A stretch of DNA of 61,654 bases, the filler included, from Platydemus manokwari (lineage: Eukaryota): NCBI GenBank assembly GCA_037951405.1. It is 5 parts of 5 records of this genome, joined end to end, with 100 filler letters (N's around TTAATTAATTAA, not from the genome) between each part and the next. Parts side by side here need not be neighbours in the genome. Positions count along the whole stretch, not along the records: positions 32,668 to 48,480 come from JBBMOY011235875.1; positions 48,581 to 61,654 come from JBBMOY011851388.1; 3 more parts are not named here. The stretch is one strand, 5' to 3'. This document shows, in pieces, positions 40,296 to 50,750 of this stretch. The number at the start of each line of letters is the position of its first letter. The first letter of the stretch is position 1. The notes under the pieces are model-generated. The model was given only the letters and a program-made list of their open reading frames with translations, did not search any database and was not told where the DNA came from. The position numbers and the translations under genes are program-made.

Positions 40296-41499
40296 TATTA
40301 TTTCATATCAGTTTTGTGGCAAAATTATCTAATAATCTGGAATCATTGTTTAAAGAGAAAAGTTTTAAGGATTATGTTCATGGTGAATGAGAGGGTCATG
40401 ATGGTTTGTTTTACGAATCAATTGCCACTACGTCACGTAGTATATTGATAAGTGGTTTTCGTAGTCTTATCGATTTCAAAAATTTGAATTAGTTTATCAT
40501 AAGGTGTGGTAAATAAATAATGAAAGGTGTTTTGATAGCTCATCATTAACGTTTATGGTAAATTATATTGGACTACAAGCCATCATTTTATTTTTGCTGC
40601 ACCACTGTAATTAAATTAATATTTTTTGATGATTTAATTCATAGATTTTACAACCATCAAGTCTCTCGAATATTAATAAATCTATTTTTAAATTCTTAAT
40701 CTCGTGGTCCATGAAGAAAACCTACTTTAAATGCCACTCTCTAGATTACATCACAGATTTAATATTTAAAGTATTGACTTTTGGATTTCGAACACCAAGA
40801 CCTGGAAAGTCAGCGGCTCCATTTCTATATAATGGAATAATTTTTCTTAAAAATTCTTAAATGTGAAAATCCATAACATGGTTTTATTTTTCGGTTTAAC
40901 TTCAACAATTAGCTATTCGTGAAAATAAAAATAAATTCAATAAATGGAATCAACAATTTTAAAAAAATTGATACACAAATTAGAAAATTTCTTCGATAAC
41001 TTGAATTGTCTATTTTGAGCTCAGCGAGATAAAATTTGATCTAAAATATCGATACATAGATTTCATTAAATATTTCATGATAAATCAATATTCCAACTAT
41101 GGCTGTTTTCATTATTATTAGTTAAGATATTTTAATTTAAAAATAATTCCTTCATATGAATAATTGTTGAGACATAATGATACATGTTTATTTAAGACAT
41201 TTGAGATGGAAAATTGAAATTTAATGCAGAATATCAGTTCGTTTTGTTGTAATGTTATTGGATTATTAAATTACTCCAGTAAATCAAATTAATATGCTGG
41301 GGACCCACTGGCTCAACAAATGCCTCTCAAAGCTCCTACCATATATTACTTAACATTTTATTTTATAAGTAAAGGTAATAATTTTACCATTTTATATTTA
41401 TGATAATTAATGTTTGAAACCAGTGTTCTTCAAAAGGGGAGCAGTCACCCACCAGTGGGTTTAAAAAATTTTAGGGGTTTCGAGAAATTTCACTTTCGA

Positions 41500-44400
41500 C
41501 ATTGGCTTATATTAAGACAAAATATCGATCCAATTTTAAAATTTGTATCATGAATGTAGCCTCAACTATTAACATTCTGGTAGAAAATAGAGACTACATC
41601 ATTAACAACTTCAATTTTAAACAGTTCAAAGATATAAATTACGTTGTCACAATTGCCAAAATTGATGAATCAGTTTATCTATTCGTTTATCGACATATTG
41701 AAGCAACCAGTTCAATTCATCATCTTGAGGGGCCAGAACAAGCAGATAAAAGTAAGTCTGCCGCTACAAAGCTTACAGGATATTTAAAAATATTCTTCTT
41801 AAAAGGAAAAGTTAGGCTTATAGACTTACTAGATACAACGAAAATTCGCACAAAGACTATTGACAATGCAATACAAATCTGCATTGATCAATTTCAGGAA
41901 CATGAAACAAAGACTTTCAAGTTTAAGTCTGATGACTCAGAAACAATGATAAGGCAAGTAGTCAAAAAGACACGTGATATAACACTAGTGATAAATAGCA
42001 AAATATCAATACAAGACATTATCGCCTTCTTCAGAGCATTAAAAATAGGTCCAGAGCATGTCATCTTGAATCCAACAATCACTACGGCTATTTTTGACGA
42101 CAACTGGCAATATCTGACAGTTTTTTGGAAACACAGATCAAATAAAGGAAGCCAAATACATTTACTGCCTGATTCATTCTCAATTTTTCCATCTGTGTTT
42201 GATAATCATCGACGTCGACATATGGGGATACTATGTGTTCAATCCATCATCTGCAAGAAAGAACGAAGATCTCTTTATGTACCATAATAGTGTTGTTGAA
42301 AAGCTCATGAAATTTACAACTATCAACAGTACATGTAAATTCACTCAAAATGAGTGTTCTCATATTACTAAAGGATCTGGTCTTTTCAACAACCTACTGA
42401 TATACGGTTACATGAAAAGTTATGCATTTGAAATACCACCAATGGATTTGAACGTCGATGATATATCAAAGAAATTTGAAGGCTGCTTTAACTCGAAATT
42501 GTTCAAGAACATTTACAGTAAAAGGACAAAAATAATAACAAAAACCGAAACCTTCAATGAAAGACAGGATGATGAATTGTAACCCAGTCCTGGCAACATG
42601 TATTGATTAAGATTCAGATTCAATGAATGATATCATGGCATCAAACATTCCAGTTAGACCAAAGGACCTAACAACCCAATACAAACCATACTTTGGTAAT
42701 AAAAAATTCGAAGGCTACATTGAACATAATGCAGTTCTTAACACCATCTCCGAAAATGTCAAGTCTGATCCAAAAAATAAAAAATCGGTCTCCATTGCTT
42801 GGTTGGACATAAAGAATACATTTCCTAGTGTTCCACAGAACTACATTTGGAAATGTCTGGAGGCCATCGGAGTTGAAGATAAATTTATTAAAACTCTTTC
42901 AGAGCTTTACTCCAACACTACGACATAATGTAAATGTGGTCAAATTGTTACTCCACCAATCAACATCAATGTTGGAGTTAAACAAGGCTGCCCAATATCG
43001 ATGCTGCTCTTTTCACTAGCAATTAATCCTTTATTGCTAACACTGGACGCAGCAAACATTGAAAAAGTCGAAATATTAGGCCAAAAGATAAAAATTCTGG
43101 CTTATGCTGATCATCCAGCTATTGTTGCAAATAATGCCAAAGATCTGCAAGGACTTCTCAACATAGCTAGTGAAGCTGCTAAACAAATCAATCTGCAATT
43201 TCAGCCTTCAAAATGTGCGTACATAACAATACCGGACGATAAATGAAAAACCAGCAGAATCTCAATTGATGGCAAGTTCATTCAAAAATTTGAACCTGGA
43301 CAATTCTTTGATCACCTTGAAGTTCCTGTTGGAGACAAAATAGATCAAAATCGATACAAGATCACCCAACAATTCATCGACGATGCAAGCGCAATAAATG
43401 CATCTGAACTCCACAAATATCAGAAATTAAAAGCAGTCAAAACATTCCTCCTTCCAAGACTAACATTTCCATTTCGAACTCGGGAAATAAAGAGAAATGT
43501 TTTACAAGAACCATCAAATGGACAAAATAACACAAGACTCGGAAACCTAAGTACAAAGCTTCGAAAAATCATGAAGGAAATTGTAGCAGTACCAAACCAA
43601 TCACAAAACTGCTATCTGTATGTATCATCGGAAAAGGGAGGCGCAGGACTACGAGATTTGTATGATGAGTACAATCTCCAACAAATTGTACGAGCATTCA
43701 AGCTTTTAAACTCGCGAGATGAAAGTGTCACTGAACTTATCAGAAATTCACTGAGGTTTGCAGCTTGTCCTCGTCTCCGAACAAAAAACCAATCATTAGA
43801 ATGGCTAAATGGACAAGTAGACCCACAATCAAACAAACATGCGTGCAAAACATGGTGGGTCTGAGTTAGATGAGCAATCACATATTTCAAACCTACCCAC
43901 AAACAACAATTTCATTCGAATGTAGAGATGGATTCTTCAATATCAGACTAACAGATGCCAGACAAATAACATCAGTCATACAAATATGCCATCTTAAATA
44001 AATCACAAGAATCATACACGAAACCGAGCACGTATCTTATCTGCTGCAATGGGCGACAAGTAACGCTAGCAACTATCTATGCCAAACAGTGAGCCACAAC
44101 ACCAAGCTCAACAAGCTAATCTACAGTGGTGAAATTGGCCCGTTTGCCTTCATCCACAAAGCCAAAACAAACACATTTCCAGTCAACGCGGGACCAATGA
44201 ATAGAGATCCCTTGTAACAGGAAATGCAGAAGGTGTCAAGCACAAGAAGAAACAATGGCACATGACCTTCAAGTGTGTATACTAAACAGCACACTCATTT
44301 CCAGCAGACACGATGCTTGTTTAAAGATCATATATCATACAATACAAGACCCAGATCTCACCATCTCAATCAATGAGATAATCCCATATCTCAAAGGTTG

Positions 44401-44930
44401 TGGTGAGGTCCAGAATGCGCATTGATATTTATATTGCAAACGTGTCAAAGAAAATAATCTACCTTGCTGATTTGAAGTGCCCGATTGATCAACCAGATAC
44501 AATCGCTACAGCAATATTCATGAATGAAGCTCACTATCAAAGTTTGGCAGTGAAAGTATGAGAAGCAAAACCAAGGTCGAGTTACTGACAATAATAGTCG
44601 GTTCTCTCGGGACAATTCCAAATACCTCATTATCAACACTCAAAAAGATGGGAATACACGAAGATGATTTATCGGCCATTGCAGCAGAATTATCAATCAC
44701 CTCAATAAGATACTCGGCAAGAATCTGGCATCTGCACTGCTCCAATATCTATATCGGCAACGAGGAGCCATAATGAATGACTGGTGTGTATGCTTGTTGT
44801 ACGAATTGTTTTGTTTTTTGTGGCCGCGCAGATTGAAATGTAAATTTCAAGGCTTGCCCATGCTGGCATATAATCTGATTGTACATAAAAAATTAAGCGT
44901 GTACATCTGTGTATAAATATAAATAAAATG
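41500..44930 (+). mobile_element. decayed RLE-type non-LTR retrotransposon (R5/NeSL/R4 group): 5' ORF region, RT, CCHC knuckle, restriction-like endonuclease, short 3' UTR
   Basis: RT motifs EGYIEHNAVL, IAWLDIKNTFPSVP, GVKQGCPISMLLF, LAYADH (YADD mutated) and PSKCA. Knuckle CRRCQAQEETMAHDLQVC and RHD. RLE motifs LADLKCP and IIVGSLG. Many stops and frameshifts; AATAAA near 44922. Confidence 0.9.
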
Positions 44931-45999
44931 AATACACTTCATTAGCCTGTAAAAGAAGTTGGATCTTGCTAGTATCCACCAGTCTCTCTTCATCGGTAAC
45001 CGTCCCCTGGCGTGACTTTTATGTGATATGTTGTTATCTTTGCCGTTGTCTAACTTCCAGGTGCTGATCCTGCTGGATATTGATTACTGATTTGACCATT
45101 AAGAGAGTGATTCCGGAATGTGATTGTCTGACGATTTAGTTTTCTTTATAATAAAGTGATTCCAAAGTATAATTTTGACATTCAGCATTGGTGAATAATA
45201 GGAACAATATTAGAAAAAACATAAAACTAAACCCTTTAGCTCAATCAATCGAAACATATTTTGAACTTCTGCAAGTAGGCCAGATATTCTTCAAGAAGAT
45301 AACAATTGTTATTTCTCAATCCAGTCACAATTAACAGTACGGAATAATCAATAAATTTTGATTGATTTCATATATATAAAAAGCCAAGAAAACTCAATTA
45401 GATTGACACATGCACTTAACAAAATAACAACCGATAGTCGATCAGATAGACTCGGTGAACAATAAATGATCGGCAAGCAATTAATTTTTAAATACAAATA
45501 ACCTTATGATGTTTTTATCAAATTTCAAAGCGATACCACATTATTGAATTATAATATATAATAAAAACAAATTTTAAGTTATTTTCCCTTAGTGGATAAC
45601 CCTTGTCATCTTACCATTAAACCTTTTTTGTTTATTGCTTTAGTAATATCTAATATAAGTTATTAATGTACATTATTCATAAATATTCATTGTCAACGAT
45701 TTATAATTTATATATCTCCGGTTGGACCAGTGTCGATCAGTCCACAATGTAATAATTTTAATAAATAATCAACCATTAAAATCCTAATGTAAAACTTATT
45801 AGATAATTAAAGCTTATAAAATATTTTCAAAATCAAAGTTCCGTGGAATTCCTATTGATTTATTAAGTTTTATTGAAAATATTTTTTTAAAATAATTACT
45901 GTAAATGAAAAATAACAAATGAATATAATAAATAAGAGTTCAAATATTTTAAAGGCATGAATAATAATATCATGAATGATAAATAAATTAAAATAATAT

Positions 46000-48027
46000 T
46001 TATACATCTGGCCTAAAGAATGAAGCTCTTCGAGAAGAAGTGGTTGCCTCATAGTCTAACATATTTCTCTTCATTACATTTATGCAAGGTCCTAAAAGTC
46101 TTTCAAAGCTTTCTCTATCAAGTACAGCGATTTTGCATTTAGTTTTGGCAATGATAGTAGCAGCTCGAGGTTTGCGATTAATTAAGGCCATTTCACCAAA
46201 GTATTTTCCGGTGGTGAGTTCACCAACCGATTCAGATTTCGATCCTTCTTCGAAATCAATAAAGATTTCGGCTATTCCCTCTTCAATAAAATACATTTCC
46301 AAACCTTCCTCTCCTTGCTTAATTATAGCCTTTCCAGGTTCATATACTCTTGTTACCAAGGCATCTGAAACATTGTTTCGTTCAAATGAACTTAATTCTT
46401 TTAAAAATGGAACTTGAGCCAAAAGATTATCATACATCAAACGTTTTTGGAAAGCCTTTTTCAGAACTATCTTTCGGAACATGTCTCTGCTCATTGCCCA
46501 AAGTAACCCATTTGTTTTAGCAATAACAGTAGCAGACCTTGGTGTATTATACATAAGTGCTAACTCTCCAAATGATCCTTTATTATCATACTGAGCCACT
46601 ACAGTGTCAACTCCATTTACCGGAACAATGATGTCATACAATCCATTATCGATAACATAAAAATTGTCACCATCCTCTCCACGTGTAATAATAACATCTC
46701 CTGGAACAGCAACCCTTTGAAACATAGAATTTATTACGACTTCTAATTGCTCATCATCTAAGCAACGGAATAACAGTATATCTTTACAACAAGCTCTTAA
46801 TCTATCTCTTTGTTCGTCAGTTTTTGTATAATCATGTATATTCTCCTCATCCAACAAGTCTTCGTCCTCATCATCATCATCATTTAATTCTGGGTTGAAT
46901 TTTCCGGCACTTACACTTTTTCTTGGCATATTGGATTTTTCCGCAGGTGGAGTGGCTAATACACTACTTTCGTCTTCACCATCCTTCTCATCACCAAAAT
47001 ATGTCTTTATAACATTGTTCATGTAGTCAGTACATTTTGGTTCAATAAAACCTTTAAATGTATCAATATCAATAGATAACACTTTGACATTTGTAATGGA
47101 TACAACGCTAGCTATTCGAGGTTGATCATCTAAAAGTGCAAGCTCTCCAAAATAACCTCCTTCATTTATTGAAGATATTTCCTTACCATCCTGCAATACG
47201 CTCACAAAACCTTCGTATAACAAAAACATTTCTTTACCTTCATCATTTTCATTTATAATTACTGCATTGGCTTCGTAAGATTGCAAAACCAATGAATCGA
47301 TAACCATGCGTTTTTCGTAGGACGATAGTTTTTCGAAAAGTTCCATATCATCGATAAAGTCTTTGTATTCGTTTCTTTTGTTTTGTATTTGTTCAAAAAT
47401 ACTAGAATCGATATCTTTTCTATTAATTACTAATAACTTTCCAGCAGATTTTGCGACGCACTTCAACTTTTCTTCTTCCTCTTCACCAAAATATCCACAG
47501 TTTGATAATTCTCCAACCTTCATCTTTCCAAAAGGCAGTTCAGCAAACAGCTCATAATTTCCTTCTTGAACAAAATATATTTTGTCAATTCCATCGCTTG
47601 TAATAATTTCACCACTTTCTACTGGTTTCTCTTCAGCTGAATTGACAATATTTTCTAACATTGTTTTATCCATACTGGTAAACAATTTACATTCTTCGAT
47701 GATTTTACCAGGTGATTTAACTGACCCTTTGATAGACAATTTCGTCTTGTTATCTGCAGCACCTTTATTTAACCCAAAACCAAATTTTTTCTTTTCTTGA
47801 TTATCTTGATCTTCAGGAGATTTAACATTTTCCTCTTTCTTCTCTTTTGATTTTCTATCAGACAGCCAATTTATACAGAACTCAACAAGATCGGTTGGTT
47901 GTGTTCGCAAAACGTCAACTGCCATATCTTGAAGTAGCTCACGAAACCCATTTGGAATTGTAATTTCCTTATTACACTTTACGTTGTTTTGATTGTTGAG
48001 AGGTGAAATATTATTGACATTTATCAT
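46000..48027 (-). CDS. intronless PKA type-II regulatory subunit-like protein with one D/D domain and four CNB domains
   Basis: Likely ATG at 48027. RIIa D/D motif IPNGFRELLQDMAVDVLRTQPTDLVEFCINW. Phosphate-binding cassettes GYFGEEEE (broken), GYFGELALLDDQPRIASV, SFGELALMYNTPRSATV and YFGEMALINRKPRAATI. RII-type FERLLGPC near the C-terminus. The ORF is uninterrupted. Confidence 0.92.
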   Translation of the reverse strand: MINVNNISPLNNQNNVKCNKEITIPNGFRELLQDMAVDVLRTQPTDLVEFCINWLSDRKSKEKKEENVKSPEDQDNQEKKKFGFGLNKGAADNKTKLSIKGSVKSPGKIIEECKLFTSMDKTMLENIVNSAEEKPVESGEIITSDGIDKIYFVQEGNYELFAELPFGKMKVGELSNCGYFGEEEEEKLKCVAKSAGKLLVINRKDIDSSIFEQIQNKRNEYKDFIDDMELFEKLSSYEKRMVIDSLVLQSYEANAVIINENDEGKEMFLLYEGFVSVLQDGKEISSINEGGYFGELALLDDQPRIASVVSITNVKVLSIDIDTFKGFIEPKCTDYMNNVIKTYFGDEKDGEDESSVLATPPAEKSNMPRKSVSAGKFNPELNDDDDEDEDLLDEENIHDYTKTDEQRDRLRACCKDILLFRCLDDEQLEVVINSMFQRVAVPGDVIITRGEDGDNFYVIDNGLYDIIVPVNGVDTVVAQYDNKGSFGELALMYNTPRSATVIAKTNGLLWAMSRDMFRKIVLKKAFQKRLMYDNLLAQVPFLKELSSFERNNVSDALVTRVYEPGKAIIKQGEEGLEMYFIEEGIAEIFIDFEEGSKSESVGELTTGKYFGEMALINRKPRAATIIAKTKCKIAVLDRESFERLLGPCINVMKRNMLDYEATTSSRRASFFRPDV

Positions 48028-48480
48028 AATAATATATTCATGATAGCAATTGTAAATAATTTTAATGAAATATTTTAAAATTATCAATATTATCGTAATT
48101 CGAATAATGTTTAATTCCTTATTACGTTATTTGAATAAAATCCATTCTTAACTTCAAATCTTATTAAAAGAATTATTATTATTATAAGAAGTAAGTTTAC
48201 TAAGAAATTCATAATTTTAAAGTTCGTTTTCAAATATTTCACTATAGAAAGAACTGAAAAGATCAAATAAATTGTTAATTAATAAAAATAGATTATTATT
48301 TTTCTATTAAAAAAGATAATTTAAAAAAAATAAAAATGCCATTTGAAAATTATTTTTCAATGGATAATAATGGGGTGATTCAATATATCAATTAATTAAA
48401 ATTATTATATGCAGTGATCCTAATTATAATAAATTATCTTCATTTATTATAAAACTTATTGTTAGGTAAGATAAAAGGAA

Positions 48481-48580
48481 NNNNNNNNNNNNNNNNNNNN
48501 NNNNNNNNNNNNNNNNNNNNNNNNTTAATTAATTAANNNNNNNNNNNNNNNNNNNNNNNNNNNNNNNNNNNNNNNNNNNN
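48481..48580. other. artificial assembly spacer
   Basis: N44-TTAATTAATTAA-N44. Confidence 0.95.
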
Positions 48581-49199
48581 CGTTATAACAATTTGTGTTA
48601 ATAAAATACCTGCATAAAAACATGAATAACTTTTGACTCAACCTGGTAATAATAATGTAATTTATTTATAATTTATTGATTTCAATTTTTTGACTATTTT
48701 TGGTTTGTAAATAATATGAAAGCCTTTCCTTGAATTATTTAAAATCTTATTCTTCTTTGTTCTTCGTGTCACATCCATCATTTGGTATGATCTTCTGACA
48801 GGCTTCAACGGCTTATCAAATTTGACAGTTGTTTACAAATAATGGGGGCACTGTATCAGTGGTTTTTATATTTCGGGCAAAGGCTGCTGATGTTGAGAGC
48901 TTATTTATACTGAGTTTTGTTAGGAATTAATTTGCATTGTAATGCGGGTCTATTATTTAAATACAATGGAATTTCTCAGATTTAATCTGGGTTGTTATTG
49001 ATCGGAAATAATAAAAATAAAACAGCTTTTCTACGTTACATCAATACAGGGTTGGATTTTATATAAAATATCAAGATTAAAGATAAAAATTGGATGTAAA
49101 CAAAATAAATATTTTTAGGAGTCAATTTCTCAAAACTCCAATATAAACTATCGCACATATGATGCATCTTATAAATAGTTTCCTAAAGAAAAACGTCAC

Positions 49200-50750
49200 T
49201 TACATAGAAACCGGAACAACAAGATGATTTTGAAGAACTGAAGAAAAGATTGACTTGACTATTCTGATACACGAAGATATGTTTATTGTAAAGAAAATAT
49301 TATTAGATTAGGTGCGTTCCTAGCGAACAAATCCAAGAAGGAAGATTGCGAATTAATTTTACCTCAAAAATCGTTAAAGAAGCACGAAATGAATTATTTG
49401 AGTATCAGAAAAGAATAAATGAGTTCAAGTTATTCAATGTTAAATAATAAGAAATCGCAGCAGGAGAGATGAAAAAAGGAAAATATTCTGTACAGTGCAC
49501 AGGGCTGTAAAAAATTTTCCAAGTATGTAAAATTCACGAAAAGTGAAGAAAGTAATGATGAGATTAATAAAATTAAAACCTCGTTAAAAAGTGAGAGACT
49601 AGAATAAATCCGAAGAAATTAAAGCAACAAGGATTTTTCATTTTAGGTGATACAGCAAAATATTATGATGGAATAAACATACTTTTACTAATTCCCACAA
49701 ATTATCCATCAATTTTGTTCGTGCAATATCGTGATTTTGCACAGGATGGACGTAAGAACTCTCTATCGAGTTTAGAAGCAGATTATTATGTTGGTTACAT
49801 CGAAATATATATATGCAATATATGTATTCCTTGAAAACTCAAATACTAGTGTGTTGAAATTACTCAACTCAATACCCAGAAGTGTCCGCCAGGAAGAATC
49901 AGAAAAGTGAGGCGGTAATACTTTTTGTTTAGAAACGCCGAAGAAAATGCTGAGAAATTGTAGAACACATCTTTTAAGTTATTTATTTATATATATTAGA
50001 GAGATATATTAGGATTATCTATAATTGGGAACAGCCCGTTATCATCTTCAAACGAATCGGTTGGTAAAAATAGAATATTCTACAGGGGAAATCGGGCTTT
50101 ATATTTTAAAACATTTTTGTCACAAATCCAAAGATAGTTCATGAATGAATCGAAGAGCTTCTTTTTCATGATTTTCCTCACAAATAATGATATGATAATG
50201 GAATTAGGTATCCAAGCACCGACATCTAAATAGATGGAAATTCCGGAGTGCCGAACTATGAAACAAGAAGATATTCAATAAGCATTGACAAAGATGAGTA
50301 TTAAAACTAAATATAAATAAAGAAGAATGCGAAGCATCTTACGACATAAAGCGAAAATATCGCAATATTATAGAGGAAGATTTAGTTAATCAGTTTCTAG
50401 CTGCAATAATCAAAGGATTATCTCTAAATGTTATCAAATCACACAAGTGGCCATATGGGGAATAGGAATTGCACGGAAAAATTTCCAACTTAAAATATCT
50501 AAAAAACAGTTCGAAAATTGAAGTTAATATAATTAAGAGTTAAAGGATTTCAGAGATAGACAAGGAGTAGGAATAAGATAGGAATATTGAAGAAAGATAC
50601 ATTAACGGTGAAAGCTGGAACTCGTGGATTTTACATATTTATAGGTTACTAAATCTATAAAGGAGGATCGTTTTAATAAATGAGATTAAGGAACTTTTAG
50701 ACAACTCAGAGACAAGACTTTTCAAATCAATTCAAACACAATAATGAAAT
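49200..50750 (+). mobile_element. very degraded retroelement (possible LTR-type integrase remnant)
   Basis: Purine-rich broken coding texture. RDFAQDGRKNSLSSLEADYY near 49730-49790 resembles the H...H.G....l...yyW integrase zinc-binding region. The match is weak. Confidence 0.3.

Noticed and set aside
41421-41495. hAT-like terminus CAGTGTTCTTCAAAAGGGG (similar sequence near 31355)
   Set aside because: No convincing partner TIR or 8-bp TSD was found.
48028-48087. N-terminal extension of the PKA-R ORF in the ORF track
   Set aside because: It uses a non-ATG start in AT-rich UTR-like sequence; the ATG at 48027 is more plausible.
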